DNA of 64,000 nucleotides from Acidobacteriota bacterium (GCA_965263035.1 OZ253580.1:3968001-4032000), one strand, 5' to 3'; shown: positions 8,970 through 19,057, counted from the first letter of the stretch. Numbers and translations are program-made. The notes: generated by a model from the sequence alone, not told the origin.

Positions 8970-10772
8970 GTGCAGGATCTTCGGCGGCTCTTCCCTTTCA
9001 TTCGGCCCTACTCTCAGCTTCTGGTCCTGGCCTTCGTGCTGCTGGCCGTCACCAGCGCCGTGGAGACAGGAATCGTCCTCTTGCTGGGCCCCCTGTTCAA
9101 CCAATGGGCGGGGACCCCCCTAGGGCCTGCGGGCGGGTTCGTGGACAAGTTCGCGTTCCTCCGCGACCTCCTGGGCATCGGCGAGGACAATTTCACGCGG
9201 ATCGCCGTGGCCCTGGTGATCTTCTCCTTCCTGAAGGGCGTGTTCCTCTATTTCGCGGAATATTCCATGAGCTACACGGGCCAGCGCGTGGTGGCCGATC
9301 TGCGCAAGCGGCTCTACGGTCATCTCCTGGGCCAGTCCCTCTCCTTCTTCGCCCTCAACCCGACGGGGCGCCTCATGTCCCGCCTCGTTGTCGACACCGA
9401 GCGGTTGCAGCTCATGGTGAGCCGCATGCTGACCGACCTGATGCGGCAGGTCTCGCTGTTCGTCTGTTTCCTGATCCTGATGATCTACATCGATTGGCTG
9501 CTGTCCCTCTTCGCCTTTGTCGTGGCCCCGCTGGTCGTGGCGCTGGCGCTGACCTTGGGCCGCCGGGTCCGCCGGGCCGGGCAGGAGAGTCAGGAGAATC
9601 TGGAGGAGATGAGCCATCTGCTGCAGGAGACCATCGCCGGTCACCGCACGGTGAAGGCGTTCTGCATGGAGGAGTACGAAGCGGGCCGCTTCCGCGAACT
9701 CAATCGCCTTCAGGTGCGGGTCAACGTCCAGGCCGCCCGGATCGGCGCCCTGGGGTCCCCTGTGACCGAGCTTATCGGTTACGTCTCATTCGTGCCGTTC
9801 CTGTTGTACGCCCATAGTCAGATACAACAGGGCTTCAGCCTGGGAGCCTTCGTGGTCTTCATCGTGGCCTTGTTCCGGCTCTATGAACCCGTGCGCAAGC
9901 TCTCTCGAATGCACCTGCACTTCCAGCACGGTTTCGCTGCTTCCACCCGCATCTTTCAGTTGCTGGACACCCGGCAGGAAGTCGCCCGCGTTCCCGACGC
10001 GCCTCCGTTGGCGCTCCTGAGCCGGGAGATCCGGTTCGAGGACGTGACGTTCACCTATGAGGATGGAGCCACGGCGGCGCTCCAGGACATCGACCTGTCC
10101 ATTCGCCAGGGAGAGGTGGTGGCTCTGGTGGGGCCGAGCGGGGCCGGCAAGACTACCCTGGCGAGCCTGATTCCCAGGTTCCTCGACGTCAGCCGGGGGC
10201 GGGTCGCCATCGACGGGACCGACATCCGCCAAGTGGATCTGGACAGCCTGCGGGATCAGGTCGCCATGGTGACCCAGGAGGTATTCCTCTTCAACGACAC
10301 GGTCCGGGACAACATCGGCTACGGCCGGGAGAACTGCTCCCGGGAGGAGATCGAGGAGGCCGCACGAGCGGCCTTCATCCATGAGGTCGTCACGGCTCTT
10401 CCCTCCGGCTACGAGACCGACATCGGCGAGTGGGGCGAGAAGCTCTCCGGCGGGCAGAGGCAACGCCTGGCCATTGCCCGGGCCATCCTGAAACAGGCTC
10501 CGATTCTGATTCTGGACGAGGCCACGTCGGCCCTGGACAGCGAATCGGAGCGGTTGGTCCAGGAGGCCCTGGATCATCTGATGGCCAACTGCACGACCCT
10601 GGTCATCGCCCACCGGCTGTCCACCATCCAGCGGGCCGACCGGATCGTGGTGATGGACTCGGGACGGATCGTGGAGCAAGGCGACCACCGGACGCTGCTG
10701 GAGCGATCCGGCCTCTACCGCCGCCTCTACCAGCTTCAGTTCTCGGCGCCCGGGTCGGGCAACGGAGGGTAG
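8970..10772 (+). CDS. MsbA-like ABC exporter (permease plus ATPase)
   Basis: Transmembrane domain, GPSGAGKTT, LSGGQRQR, ILILDEATSALD. Confidence 0.92.
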   Translation: MQDLRRLFPFIRPYSQLLVLAFVLLAVTSAVETGIVLLLGPLFNQWAGTPLGPAGGFVDKFAFLRDLLGIGEDNFTRIAVALVIFSFLKGVFLYFAEYSMSYTGQRVVADLRKRLYGHLLGQSLSFFALNPTGRLMSRLVVDTERLQLMVSRMLTDLMRQVSLFVCFLILMIYIDWLLSLFAFVVAPLVVALALTLGRRVRRAGQESQENLEEMSHLLQETIAGHRTVKAFCMEEYEAGRFRELNRLQVRVNVQAARIGALGSPVTELIGYVSFVPFLLYAHSQIQQGFSLGAFVVFIVALFRLYEPVRKLSRMHLHFQHGFAASTRIFQLLDTRQEVARVPDAPPLALLSREIRFEDVTFTYEDGATAALQDIDLSIRQGEVVALVGPSGAGKTTLASLIPRFLDVSRGRVAIDGTDIRQVDLDSLRDQVAMVTQEVFLFNDTVRDNIGYGRENCSREEIEEAARAAFIHEVVTALPSGYETDIGEWGEKLSGGQRQRLAIARAILKQAPILILDEATSALDSESERLVQEALDHLMANCTTLVIAHRLSTIQRADRIVVMDSGRIVEQGDHRTLLERSGLYRRLYQLQFSAPGSGNGG

Positions 10773-10796
10773 CTCCCGTCGGTAGCACCGGACCCG

Positions 10797-11627
10797 TCAG
10801 CCCTCGTCGGGCCCGGACAGGGCATCCAACAGCGCGTCGCTCATGCCGACGGAGCTGAACCCGCCGTCGTGGTAGAGGTTCTGCATCGTGACCTTTCGAG
10901 TCAGGTCCGAAACCAGCGCCACCACGAAATCGGCGCAGTCCTCGGCCTGGGCGTTGCCCAGGGGGGACATCCTGTCCGCCGCCTCGTAAAGGCGGTCGAA
11001 TCCCTTGATCCCGCTCCCGGCGGTGGTGCGGGTCGGACTCTGGGACACGGTGTTGATCCGGATCCCCCGCCGGCCCAGCCGATAGCCGAAGCTTCGGGCC
11101 ACGCTCTCCAGCAGGGCCTTGGCGTCCCCCATGTCGGAATAACGGGAAAAGATCCGTTGCGCTCCGATGTAGGTCAGGGCCACGATGCTGCCGCCGTCGT
11201 TGAGGCTGTCGGACTTGAGCGCTTCGACCACGATCCGGTGCAGGGAGAGGGCCGAGACGTCGAGCGTCTTGTGGAACCAGTCGTAGTTGAGGTCGTCGTA
11301 GGAACGCTGCTTGCGGACGTTGGGAGACATGCCGATGGAATGGACGATGAAATCGACCTTTCCCAGCGTGGATTTCAACTCCTGGAAGGCCTTCTCCAGG
11401 TCCTGCGAGGAAGAGGCGTCGCAGACGATGAGAGGCGCGTCCCCGCAGATCTCGGCCAATTGCCGGATGGGGCCGAAGCGGAACGCCATCTTGGTGTTGG
11501 AAAGGGCCAATCGGGCTCCCTCCCGGTGGCAGGCGAGGCTGATCTGCCAGGCCAGGCTCTGTTCGTTCAGGGGACCGAAGATGATTCCCCGTTTTTCCCG
11601 CAGCAGGTGATGACTCTCTTGTGACAT
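10797..11627 (-). CDS. fabI: Enoyl-ACP reductase
   Basis: GIIFGPLNEQSLAW, HSIGMS, YSDMGDAKALLES, TMQNLYHDGGFS. Confidence 0.9.
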   Translation of the reverse strand: MSQESHHLLREKRGIIFGPLNEQSLAWQISLACHREGARLALSNTKMAFRFGPIRQLAEICGDAPLIVCDASSSQDLEKAFQELKSTLGKVDFIVHSIGMSPNVRKQRSYDDLNYDWFHKTLDVSALSLHRIVVEALKSDSLNDGGSIVALTYIGAQRIFSRYSDMGDAKALLESVARSFGYRLGRRGIRINTVSQSPTRTTAGSGIKGFDRLYEAADRMSPLGNAQAEDCADFVVALVSDLTRKVTMQNLYHDGGFSSVGMSDALLDALSGPDEG

Positions 11628-11641
11628 GAGCGATTCCTTCG

Positions 11642-12373
11642 TTAGTTGACGGGAACGGTATCTCCCAGCGTGACCCGGTCCAGATCGATCCTGCAGCGCC
11701 TCGCCACTATCTGCACGCCTTGAGCCCGGGCCTCGTCCAGGGCGGCGGCGAAATCGGGGTCCAATTCCCGGGCCGCCCGGAAGCGGCGGACGTCCTCTCG
11801 TTGGATCACGAAGAGGATGGCGGCGCTCCAGCCGTCCAGTTGGGCCAGTTGGGCCAGTTCCCGGGCATGGCGGGCTCCCCGTGCGGTGACGGCGTCGGGA
11901 AAGAGCCCCACTCCGTCTTCCACCAGGGTGACGCTCTTCACCTCCAGGGCCAGCCGCCGCCCGTCGTCCCGGCCCAGGAGAAAATCGATCCGGGAGCGCC
12001 CCAGGGTCGCTTCCGCCCGTAGGAGTTCCCAATCCCCGAATTCCTCCAGTGCCGACTGCGCCAGAGCCTGGCCGATGAGGCGATTGGGGATCCGGGTGTC
12101 GACCGAAACCAGTCCGCGACGGTCGGGGCTCTCCACCAGGAGAGCAGTCCAGCGGGTCTTTCTCTTCGGGCCCGAAGCCGGCAGCAACCAGATCCGAACC
12201 CCGGGAATGAGGAGTTCCCGGAGGCGGCCCGGATCAGCCAGATGGGCGTCCACCGGTTCCGCCTTCCCGCGCGGCCGGCACCTCACCAGAAAACGGTTGG
12301 GGCGCTCCACGAAGACCGCCTCCTGGAGTTCGCCCGGAATCGGGATCCAGGTTCTCGTTCGTTCTTCCAGCAT
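11642..12373 (-). CDS. sfsA: Sugar fermentation stimulation protein / nuclease
   Basis: RPNRFL, DPGRLREL, SRIDFLL, EVKSVTL, FPDAVTARGARH. Confidence 0.92.
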   Translation of the reverse strand: MLEERTRTWIPIPGELQEAVFVERPNRFLVRCRPRGKAEPVDAHLADPGRLRELLIPGVRIWLLPASGPKRKTRWTALLVESPDRRGLVSVDTRIPNRLIGQALAQSALEEFGDWELLRAEATLGRSRIDFLLGRDDGRRLALEVKSVTLVEDGVGLFPDAVTARGARHARELAQLAQLDGWSAAILFVIQREDVRRFRAARELDPDFAAALDEARAQGVQIVARRCRIDLDRVTLGDTVPVN

Positions 12374-12425
12374 TCCTGGCCGCCCAGTCTACTACGCAGC
12401 GATCATCCAGCAGTAGCCGCCGTTC

Positions 12426-12552
12426 GGGATGGGAGCGGGGGTTTTTAACCCCCGATTCTTGGGATCGTGAGGGACAAGACTGTCTCCCTTGCTGCGTGGG
12501 GGACAACATGTCCCCCCTCCCATGTGGGGGACAAGACTGTCCCCCCTTCTAC
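12426..12552. repeat. REP-like cluster: GGATGGGAGCGGGGGTTTTTAACCCCCG hairpin plus three GTG(A/G)GGGACAA..TGTC(C/T)CCC units
   Basis: Units at 12467, 12496 and 12524; a reverse-oriented copy of the composite occurs at 54844-54902 plus 55533-55538. Confidence 0.8.
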
Positions 12553-12617
12553 TCGACTCTCAGGGAAATGGGGAAAGTCCAGGGGCCATGTTAGAGTGAC
12601 TTCCAGAGGAGGCCGCT

Positions 12618-13616
12618 TTGGAATCTTTACGAATCGCCCTGGCCGGTTACGGCGAATGGACCCGGGAAGCCCTGATCCCGTCGCTGGAGCGGGACGGCCG
12701 GGCGAGGATCGTGGCCGCGGCGGCGCGCACCCCGGCGACTCGCGAGCGCATCCGGTCGGAGCTGGGCTCCCAGGTCGCGCTCCATTCCGACTTCGCCGAT
12801 CTCTTTGACGAGGCAGTGGACGCTCTCATCCTGGCTCTTCCCTCGTCCCTGCACGCGGAAGGCCTGCTGGCCGCCATCGAATCGGGGCTCCCCTTCTTCC
12901 ATGAGCCTCCCGTGGCCAACCACCGGGACCGGGTTCGTCCCGTCCTGCGGCGTCTCCTGGCCACCGAGCAGGTGACACACGCCGACATGGAACTGCGATT
13001 CATTCCGGTCATCATCCGCGCGGCCCAACGGGTCGCGGAGGGCGCCATCGGCGAGCCCCGCACCGCGATGATCCGGATGAGGGGTTCCTGGAGTCCCGAT
13101 CCCACGTCGGGCATCAGTCTCATGCACTCCCTCTCGCCCTGGTACATTGACGCCCTGGACCAGGTCCTGGGAGCCTCCCCCAAGCGCGTGCTGGTGCAGG
13201 AAGGACGGGGGTATCCGGGACGGATGCAATCTTACGCTCTGACTCAACTGGACTACGGCGGAGTCTGGGGCAGCTTCGACGCCAACATCTCGGCGGTCCC
13301 GGGTATGACCACCACACTCGAGGTCACGGGCACGGAAGGCGACCTGCAAACGGACCTCTTCACCGCCGAAATCCGGCTGCGGACCCTGACCCGGCCGGAG
13401 CCGGAGATCGAACGGGTCCCGGCCCTGGAGCCCTATGCCGGATGGCCCGGGATGTGTGAATGCGTCGCGGCCTTCCTGGATGCCGTTTCCGGACTGGGTC
13501 CCGAGCGTGCCGGAGCCCGGGCCGTTGCCCGCAGCCATCTGGCGGGACTGGCCGGCGAGCGCTCCATCGACACCGGGACCTGGGCCGAAGTCGAGGGGCT
13601 GGAGGATCTGGAATGA
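12618..13616 (+). CDS. Gfo/Idh/MocA oxidoreductase
   Basis: LRIALAGYGEW Rossmann fold; FHEPPVA variant of the EKP motif. Confidence 0.82.
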   Translation: MESLRIALAGYGEWTREALIPSLERDGRARIVAAAARTPATRERIRSELGSQVALHSDFADLFDEAVDALILALPSSLHAEGLLAAIESGLPFFHEPPVANHRDRVRPVLRRLLATEQVTHADMELRFIPVIIRAAQRVAEGAIGEPRTAMIRMRGSWSPDPTSGISLMHSLSPWYIDALDQVLGASPKRVLVQEGRGYPGRMQSYALTQLDYGGVWGSFDANISAVPGMTTTLEVTGTEGDLQTDLFTAEIRLRTLTRPEPEIERVPALEPYAGWPGMCECVAAFLDAVSGLGPERAGARAVARSHLAGLAGERSIDTGTWAEVEGLEDLE

Positions 13617-14143
13617 GCCTCTGGCGGCTTCTGGGCCTGGAGAAGTTGGAACCGCGCGAGGAGTCCGCCGAAGAGGGACATATCGTCCGCGAGATCGCCG
13701 CCAAGCTGGATCAGCTGGAGGACGCGGAAGCCCGATACATCGCCTGCTTCTCCTACATTCTGAGCCGTGTGGCCCACGCCGATATGGAGATCAGTCTGGA
13801 GGAAGTCGCCCAGATGGAGAAGATCGTCCAGGAGCAGGGGGGCCTGCCTGAGTCGCAATCGGTTTTGGTGGTTCAGATGGCCAAGACCCACAATCGCCTG
13901 TTCGGCGCCACCGACAACTACCTGGTGACCCGCGAGTTCAATCGCATGGCCACCCGCAGGCAGAAGCTGGATCTGATGGGTTGCCTCTTCGCCGTGTCGG
14001 CTTCGCACGAAGGGATCTCCGCGGCCGAGGATGCCGAGATGCGCCAGATCACGCGCGAACTGCAACTCTCCCACCGGGACTTCATCGCCCTCCGTTCCCG
14101 CTTCCGGGATCACCTGAACGTCCTCAAGAGATTCGAGGAGTAG
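13613..14143 (+). CDS. TerB-family protein
   Basis: RVAHADMEISLEE, LFAVSASHEGISAAEDAEMRQI. Confidence 0.8.
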   Translation: MSLWRLLGLEKLEPREESAEEGHIVREIAAKLDQLEDAEARYIACFSYILSRVAHADMEISLEEVAQMEKIVQEQGGLPESQSVLVVQMAKTHNRLFGATDNYLVTREFNRMATRRQKLDLMGCLFAVSASHEGISAAEDAEMRQITRELQLSHRDFIALRSRFRDHLNVLKRFEE

Positions 14144-14252
14144 GGAACTGCGCCGCCCGGAAGCGGCTCGGAGGGGCGACACTCTTGTCGCCTGCTCTTC
14201 TTTGCTGCTATGCGATTCGGTGGCCGGAAAGTGTAGAGTGGGGACTCCGTCC

Positions 14253-15611
14253 CATAAGCGCTAACCTGATTGCCTGACCGCTATCTTGTATAGTGAGAGC
14301 ATGAGCGGAACGGTAGTAAATGCGGCTGCGAATGAGGACTGGGACTTGCTGGTGTCATTTTTCCCAGCCAATTGGCTGGATCTGGCGGCCTCGACCGGAG
14401 CCCTGAAGGGACTGCGCAAGGACAAGTCGCCGGAAAACCTGCTGCGTACCCTGCTGATCCATCTCGGCTGCGGGCATTCCTTGCGCGAAACCGTGGTGCG
14501 GGCTCGGCAAGCGAGCCTGGCCGATTTGTCCGACGTGGCCCTGCTCAAGCGGCTGAGGAAATCCCGCGACTGGCTCTACGCCCTCTGCGTGGAACTGTTC
14601 CGGGAGCATGGCATCGCGGTGTCGAAGAGCGCCGGCTTCCAAGTGCGGGCGTTCGATGCGACGACCGTGCGCGAGCCCGGCCGGACCGGGTCGGTGTGGC
14701 GCCTTCACTACAGCGTCAACCTGCCTTCGCTCGGCTGTGATTTCTTCAAGCTGACCGCGACGCAGGGGCGCGGCACTAGCGAGTCGTTCAGGCAGTTCCC
14801 GATCCGGCCGGGCGACTACGTGCTGGCCGACCGCGGCTACTCGACTGCGGTCGGGATTCAGCACGTCGCGGCTGGCGGAGGGTCCGTGACGGTGCGCGTG
14901 AACACCGGATCGCTGCTGCTGGAAACCGAGGCCGGCCAAGCGTTCGACCTGCTCGCAGCCGTGGAAACGCTGCTGCGACCGGGGCCGGTCGGCAGTTGGA
15001 GGGTCCGCACAGTGGCCCGGTCCGGGCCACCCGTGGCGGGCCGGATCTGCGCGGTGCGCAAGACCGGCGAAGCCATCGAAGTCGCGCATGCCAAGATCCG
15101 TCGGACGGCTCAGCGCAAGGGCAAGCAGGTCCAGCCCGAAACCCTGCGGTTCGCGCGCTTCGTCATCGTTTTCACAACCTACCCAGCGGAGAAATTCCCA
15201 GCGGCCGAAGTGCTGGAGTGGTACCGCCTGCGCTGGCAAGTCGAACTGGTCTTCAAGCGCTTCAAGTCCCTGGCCCAGCTCGGGCACCTGCCGAAGCACG
15301 ATGAGGCAAGCGCCCAAGCCTGGTTGTACGGCAAGCTGCTGGTGGCGCTGCTGGTCGAAAAGGTGGTCCGCCATGCGCGGACCATTTCCCCCTGGGGATA
15401 CGACGTCGCGACCGGACAGGACTCCCAGCCCGTGGCGTGACTTCAAATTCGCATTGAACCAAGTCACGCGAGCCATCGAACCGGCGTATTCCCTGAGACG
15501 CATGTTCGCCGAATGGCGCGAAATCTCAGCATCCTTGGCAGAACCTCCCCGGAGAAGGTCCAATCACGTTGATAGCCACTTTCCAGCCCATTAATTAGGT
15601 TAGCGCTTATG
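14253..15611 (+). mobile_element. IS4-family insertion sequence, complete (CAT ends, IS231-like)
   Basis: Perfect 15-bp IRs CATAAGCGCTAACCT and AGGTTAGCGCTTATG; 11-bp direct repeat GGACTCCGTCC at 14242-14252 and 15612-15622. Confidence 0.92.
14301..15440 (+). CDS. IS4-family DDE transposase
   Basis: AFDATTV, LADRGY, YRLRWQVELVFKRFKS (YREK motif). Confidence 0.9.
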   Translation: MSGTVVNAAANEDWDLLVSFFPANWLDLAASTGALKGLRKDKSPENLLRTLLIHLGCGHSLRETVVRARQASLADLSDVALLKRLRKSRDWLYALCVELFREHGIAVSKSAGFQVRAFDATTVREPGRTGSVWRLHYSVNLPSLGCDFFKLTATQGRGTSESFRQFPIRPGDYVLADRGYSTAVGIQHVAAGGGSVTVRVNTGSLLLETEAGQAFDLLAAVETLLRPGPVGSWRVRTVARSGPPVAGRICAVRKTGEAIEVAHAKIRRTAQRKGKQVQPETLRFARFVIVFTTYPAEKFPAAEVLEWYRLRWQVELVFKRFKSLAQLGHLPKHDEASAQAWLYGKLLVALLVEKVVRHARTISPWGYDVATGQDSQPVA

Positions 15612-15666
15612 GGACTCCGTCCCCCCTTGACCCCCCTGTCGGCGACAAGAAAGTGGCCGCTCCCCT

Positions 15667-17493
15667 CTAAAGTAGTCCCAGCCGCCTGGCGGTGCTACGG
15701 ATCCGCTCCATTCGATCCTCTACGGGCACGATCTTCGTACCGTCCGGATTCGGCCTGGAGAGGTGGGCGTACTCGTAGACGTCGAAGCCGGCGAATCGCG
15801 GGTCGTGGCAGATCTGATCCAGGTCGGAGACGTACTCCTGCATGGAGTTGGTCCGCTTCAGGTAGCGGTTCAGGTAGACGGGGATTCTTTTGCGGTTGCA
15901 CAGCGCCAGGGCTTCCTCCACCACCGGATCGTCCAGGGCATTGCGGAGCAGCCCCCGATCCGCCTCGGGAGCCTCGAACCAGGTGGTCCGGAGCGTGATG
16001 CCGTCGGCCAGCCCCTCCAGGAGCCAGGTCCGCCAATCGAATTCCAGGTTGGCGGGAAAACCCATGAGCTGGCCGTGGCACGGGTCGGGCCCGAAGGCCT
16101 CGGCGTGGACGTGGACCTGGAACTTCTTTCCGGCGCTCCGGATTCGCCGGCTGGCCTCGCGGATGAATCGGGTGTAGTGGCGGCCCCGGAGACGGGCGAG
16201 TCGTGCGAGATCCCCATCCGTACTCCCGATTTCGGTCCCGTACCTCTCCCGGTACTCCTCCAGAAGCGGAGCGTTGAAGCCATACTCGAGGGGTTCGTCC
16301 GTCAGGGATCCGTGGGCGGAGACGCGAACGTCCACTCCGTCCACGCCGGCGTCCAGGAGCCGGTCCACCCAGCCCATCCAGAGCTTCTCCACCTCGGGGT
16401 AGAGGGCGCAGGGAGTGCAGGCCAGCGTGTCATTTCGTCCCCGGGCGAAGGCGATGCAGCCTCCCCAGTTCCATTTCGACTTCTTGACGATGCCGAACAT
16501 GGTGCCTTCGGTGGAGGCATTGTCGGTGTCCAACAGGACCGGGAACGGTCCTATCCCCGAGTCGAATTCCAGTCCCCCTGTCCGGAAGTCCCGGGGGCGG
16601 ATCCACATGGCGCTTCGGGTCGCGATGACGATGGGCAGCGGGTCCGGACCGGGACCGTAGGCTTCGATCATGGCCGCGGGAGCGTTGCCGAAGTCTCCCT
16701 CCTCGTCCTCGAAGTCGGTGGTGACGAGGATGAAGCGGTCGGTCAGATCGAGGCCCTCCAGCGTCAGGGTCCGCACGGGTGCGCCGGAAGCGGTCAACAG
16801 GTCGCCGAAGAACTCCCGGACCTCCCGGGGAGAGGGCTCCACCCGGTCCGTCAGGGAGAAGTCCACCGGCTGTCTCCGATAGCGGTAGTTGTCGGGGCTG
16901 GTCCAGATCTGGAGACGCTCCTTGCGGATGCGGGTGGGCGAATCATCCGACTTGAGGAGCCGAATCTTCCGGATCGGAAGGTTCTCGAGGTCCGGCGGAG
17001 CGTCCCAGGGCCGGCGTCCGACCCGGGTGTGGGGGAACCGCTCCACGAACGGAAACACCTGTTGGAGGCAACCCCCGATTCGATGGACGCGGCTGTGGTT
17101 TCCCTCCGGGGAACCCTGGGGATACGTGCCCGCCATCCCCGTATTGAAGGGCTTCAGGACCGCGTAGACCTCCAGCCCGTGACGGTGGGCGATGGGAGTC
17201 ACCGCCTTCAGAGGCTCCCCGATTCGATCCAGGGTGGCCGCACCATACTTCATGTAGTCGAAGGCATTGCCGGCCCAATACGATTCGGTCTCCACGTCGC
17301 CGTAGTAGAGCCAGTAGATTCTGCGGACTCCCAGACTCTTGATCTGGGTGACCATTTCCTCCAGCAGCTCCAGGCTGTACGGCCCGTAGCGGACGTCGTC
17401 CGGGAAGTCGACGGTGGCCGAGAGCAGAAATGGGCGGGTGCTCAAGCGGCGGGCTCCGAGGAGAGGCTCATACTGTCGCCATCCAGCCTCCAT
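15667..17493 (-). CDS. Hypothetical protein, possibly a TIM-barrel glycoside hydrolase (start may be TTG 17445)
   Basis: Long ORF with typical codon usage; AGVDGVDVR motif. Confidence 0.7.
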   Translation of the reverse strand: MEAGWRQYEPLLGARRLSTRPFLLSATVDFPDDVRYGPYSLELLEEMVTQIKSLGVRRIYWLYYGDVETESYWAGNAFDYMKYGAATLDRIGEPLKAVTPIAHRHGLEVYAVLKPFNTGMAGTYPQGSPEGNHSRVHRIGGCLQQVFPFVERFPHTRVGRRPWDAPPDLENLPIRKIRLLKSDDSPTRIRKERLQIWTSPDNYRYRRQPVDFSLTDRVEPSPREVREFFGDLLTASGAPVRTLTLEGLDLTDRFILVTTDFEDEEGDFGNAPAAMIEAYGPGPDPLPIVIATRSAMWIRPRDFRTGGLEFDSGIGPFPVLLDTDNASTEGTMFGIVKKSKWNWGGCIAFARGRNDTLACTPCALYPEVEKLWMGWVDRLLDAGVDGVDVRVSAHGSLTDEPLEYGFNAPLLEEYRERYGTEIGSTDGDLARLARLRGRHYTRFIREASRRIRSAGKKFQVHVHAEAFGPDPCHGQLMGFPANLEFDWRTWLLEGLADGITLRTTWFEAPEADRGLLRNALDDPVVEEALALCNRKRIPVYLNRYLKRTNSMQEYVSDLDQICHDPRFAGFDVYEYAHLSRPNPDGTKIVPVEDRMERIRSTARRLGLL

Positions 17494-18241
17494 CCACCAC
17501 CAGCGCGGAACCAGTGACCCAGGAGGCGTCGTCGGAGGTCAGGAAGACACAGGCCCGGGCGATGTCTCGGGGCGTGCCGAAACGGGGCAGGAGCGTGCGC
17601 TGGCGCCCCTCCTCGATCTGTTCCGGTGTCAGGTAGTCCTGGTTCGCGGTCTCGATGAATCCGGGGCAGACCGCGTTGACGGTAATGCCCAGAGGTCCCA
17701 GCTCCACGGCCGTGTCGCGGGCCAGATTCACCACCGCGGCCTTGGTCGGGGCATAGACCGGTCCCGCCCCTCCGCCCCGGTAATTCACCGAAGCGATATG
17801 GATGATGCGGCCGTGGGGAGAGCGCTTCAGGTGGGGAACCGCCGCCTTGGTGGTCAGGAAGAGGGCCCGAAGATTGATCGACATGACCCGGTCCCAGTCG
17901 GAAACGGCCAGCGTCTGGGAGGTTCCCGGGATGTGGACGCCGGCATTGTTGACCAGGATGTCCAACGCCCCGAATTCCTGGACCGTCCGGTCTACGAGCT
18001 GTTGGACGAAGTCCTCGCAGGCGATGTCCCCCTGGAGGAAGATCCCCCGGCCGCCGGCGTCTTGGATCTCCTCCACGGTGGGCTTGCGGGGCTCGGTCTC
18101 GTAGTAGCGGCCGACCTTGGGCGTGTTCCGGATGTCGGCGACCGCCACGGCGGCCCCCTCCCGGGCCAGTTCCAGGCAGATCCCTCGGCCGATTCCCGAA
18201 CTCCCTCCGGTCACGATGGCCACTCTGTTCTTCAATCGCAT
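17468..18241 (-). CDS. SDR oxidoreductase
   Basis: TGGSSGIG, NNAG, YAPTK. Confidence 0.92.
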   Translation of the reverse strand: MRLKNRVAIVTGGSSGIGRGICLELAREGAAVAVADIRNTPKVGRYYETEPRKPTVEEIQDAGGRGIFLQGDIACEDFVQQLVDRTVQEFGALDILVNNAGVHIPGTSQTLAVSDWDRVMSINLRALFLTTKAAVPHLKRSPHGRIIHIASVNYRGGGAGPVYAPTKAAVVNLARDTAVELGPLGITVNAVCPGFIETANQDYLTPEQIEEGRQRTLLPRFGTPRDIARACVFLTSDDASWVTGSALVVDGGWMATV

Positions 18242-18340
18242 AGAACGTTACCTTGGGAATTGACCGCGAAGTGGGGGAATGATACCAGACTCCCCGGCGG
18301 GACCGTTCCGGTCCATGCCCGTTGCCGTAGGCGGATCCGA

Positions 18341-19057
18341 ATGCTTGGGAGCGCGTTCAAGGCCGAGTATCTGGACTTCGGGAAGGGCATCCGGGTGGGG
18401 CACCTGGAACCCCGTGCCCGCATCACCCAGATCCTCAAGCTGTCCCTGCAGGAGCTCTACGGGCAGGATTTCATCATCGATCGCTGGGGCCGCGGCGTCT
18501 ACTGGCAGTGGATCTGTTTCGTACCGCGGGCCAATCGCCGGGCCAAGCCCCTCTCGGGCGGCCGCAGCTACTCCAGCGCCAAGTTCTTCATCATGGTCGA
18601 CCGGGAGGAGGGACTATTCAAGTCCGGTCTCCATGTGGAGCGAGGGTTGATCCAGCCGCCGGACGCACAAGAGGCCTACCGGCTCCGCCCGGACTGGGAC
18701 TGGCATCGGCTCGCGCAGGGTTTGGAGCCGACCGGATGGTGGGAACGGGAGGTCCGCCGGTTGATCGAAGAGGACGGGTTCCAACTGACGCTGGGGTCGT
18801 TCAGAACCGGTCTCCGATCCTTCTCCCGACGTCTGCCTCCGGCATCGGACCTTCGCGAAATCATTGCGGACGCGCCGCCGGACAAGTGGTTCGTATTCCA
18901 GCTGCACTATCCCATGACGCCGGAAGAGGTCGAGGGCTCGGCGGGACCCGACCTGGTGGCCGGCATGTTGGCCGTCTTCCGGGAACTGACACCGGTGATG
19001 AACCTCTGCCTGGAGGAATCCGCAGCGCTGCAGGTGGCGCCCGGACCCGCTACTTGA
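18341..19057 (+). CDS. Hypothetical protein
   Basis: Globular ORF with IDRWGRGVYWQWICF. Confidence 0.72.
   Translation: MLGSAFKAEYLDFGKGIRVGHLEPRARITQILKLSLQELYGQDFIIDRWGRGVYWQWICFVPRANRRAKPLSGGRSYSSAKFFIMVDREEGLFKSGLHVERGLIQPPDAQEAYRLRPDWDWHRLAQGLEPTGWWEREVRRLIEEDGFQLTLGSFRTGLRSFSRRLPPASDLREIIADAPPDKWFVFQLHYPMTPEEVEGSAGPDLVAGMLAVFRELTPVMNLCLEESAALQVAPGPAT

Noticed and set aside
12467-12552. Three ~28-bp palindromic repeats as a CRISPR array
   Set aside because: No spacers between the units and no cas genes
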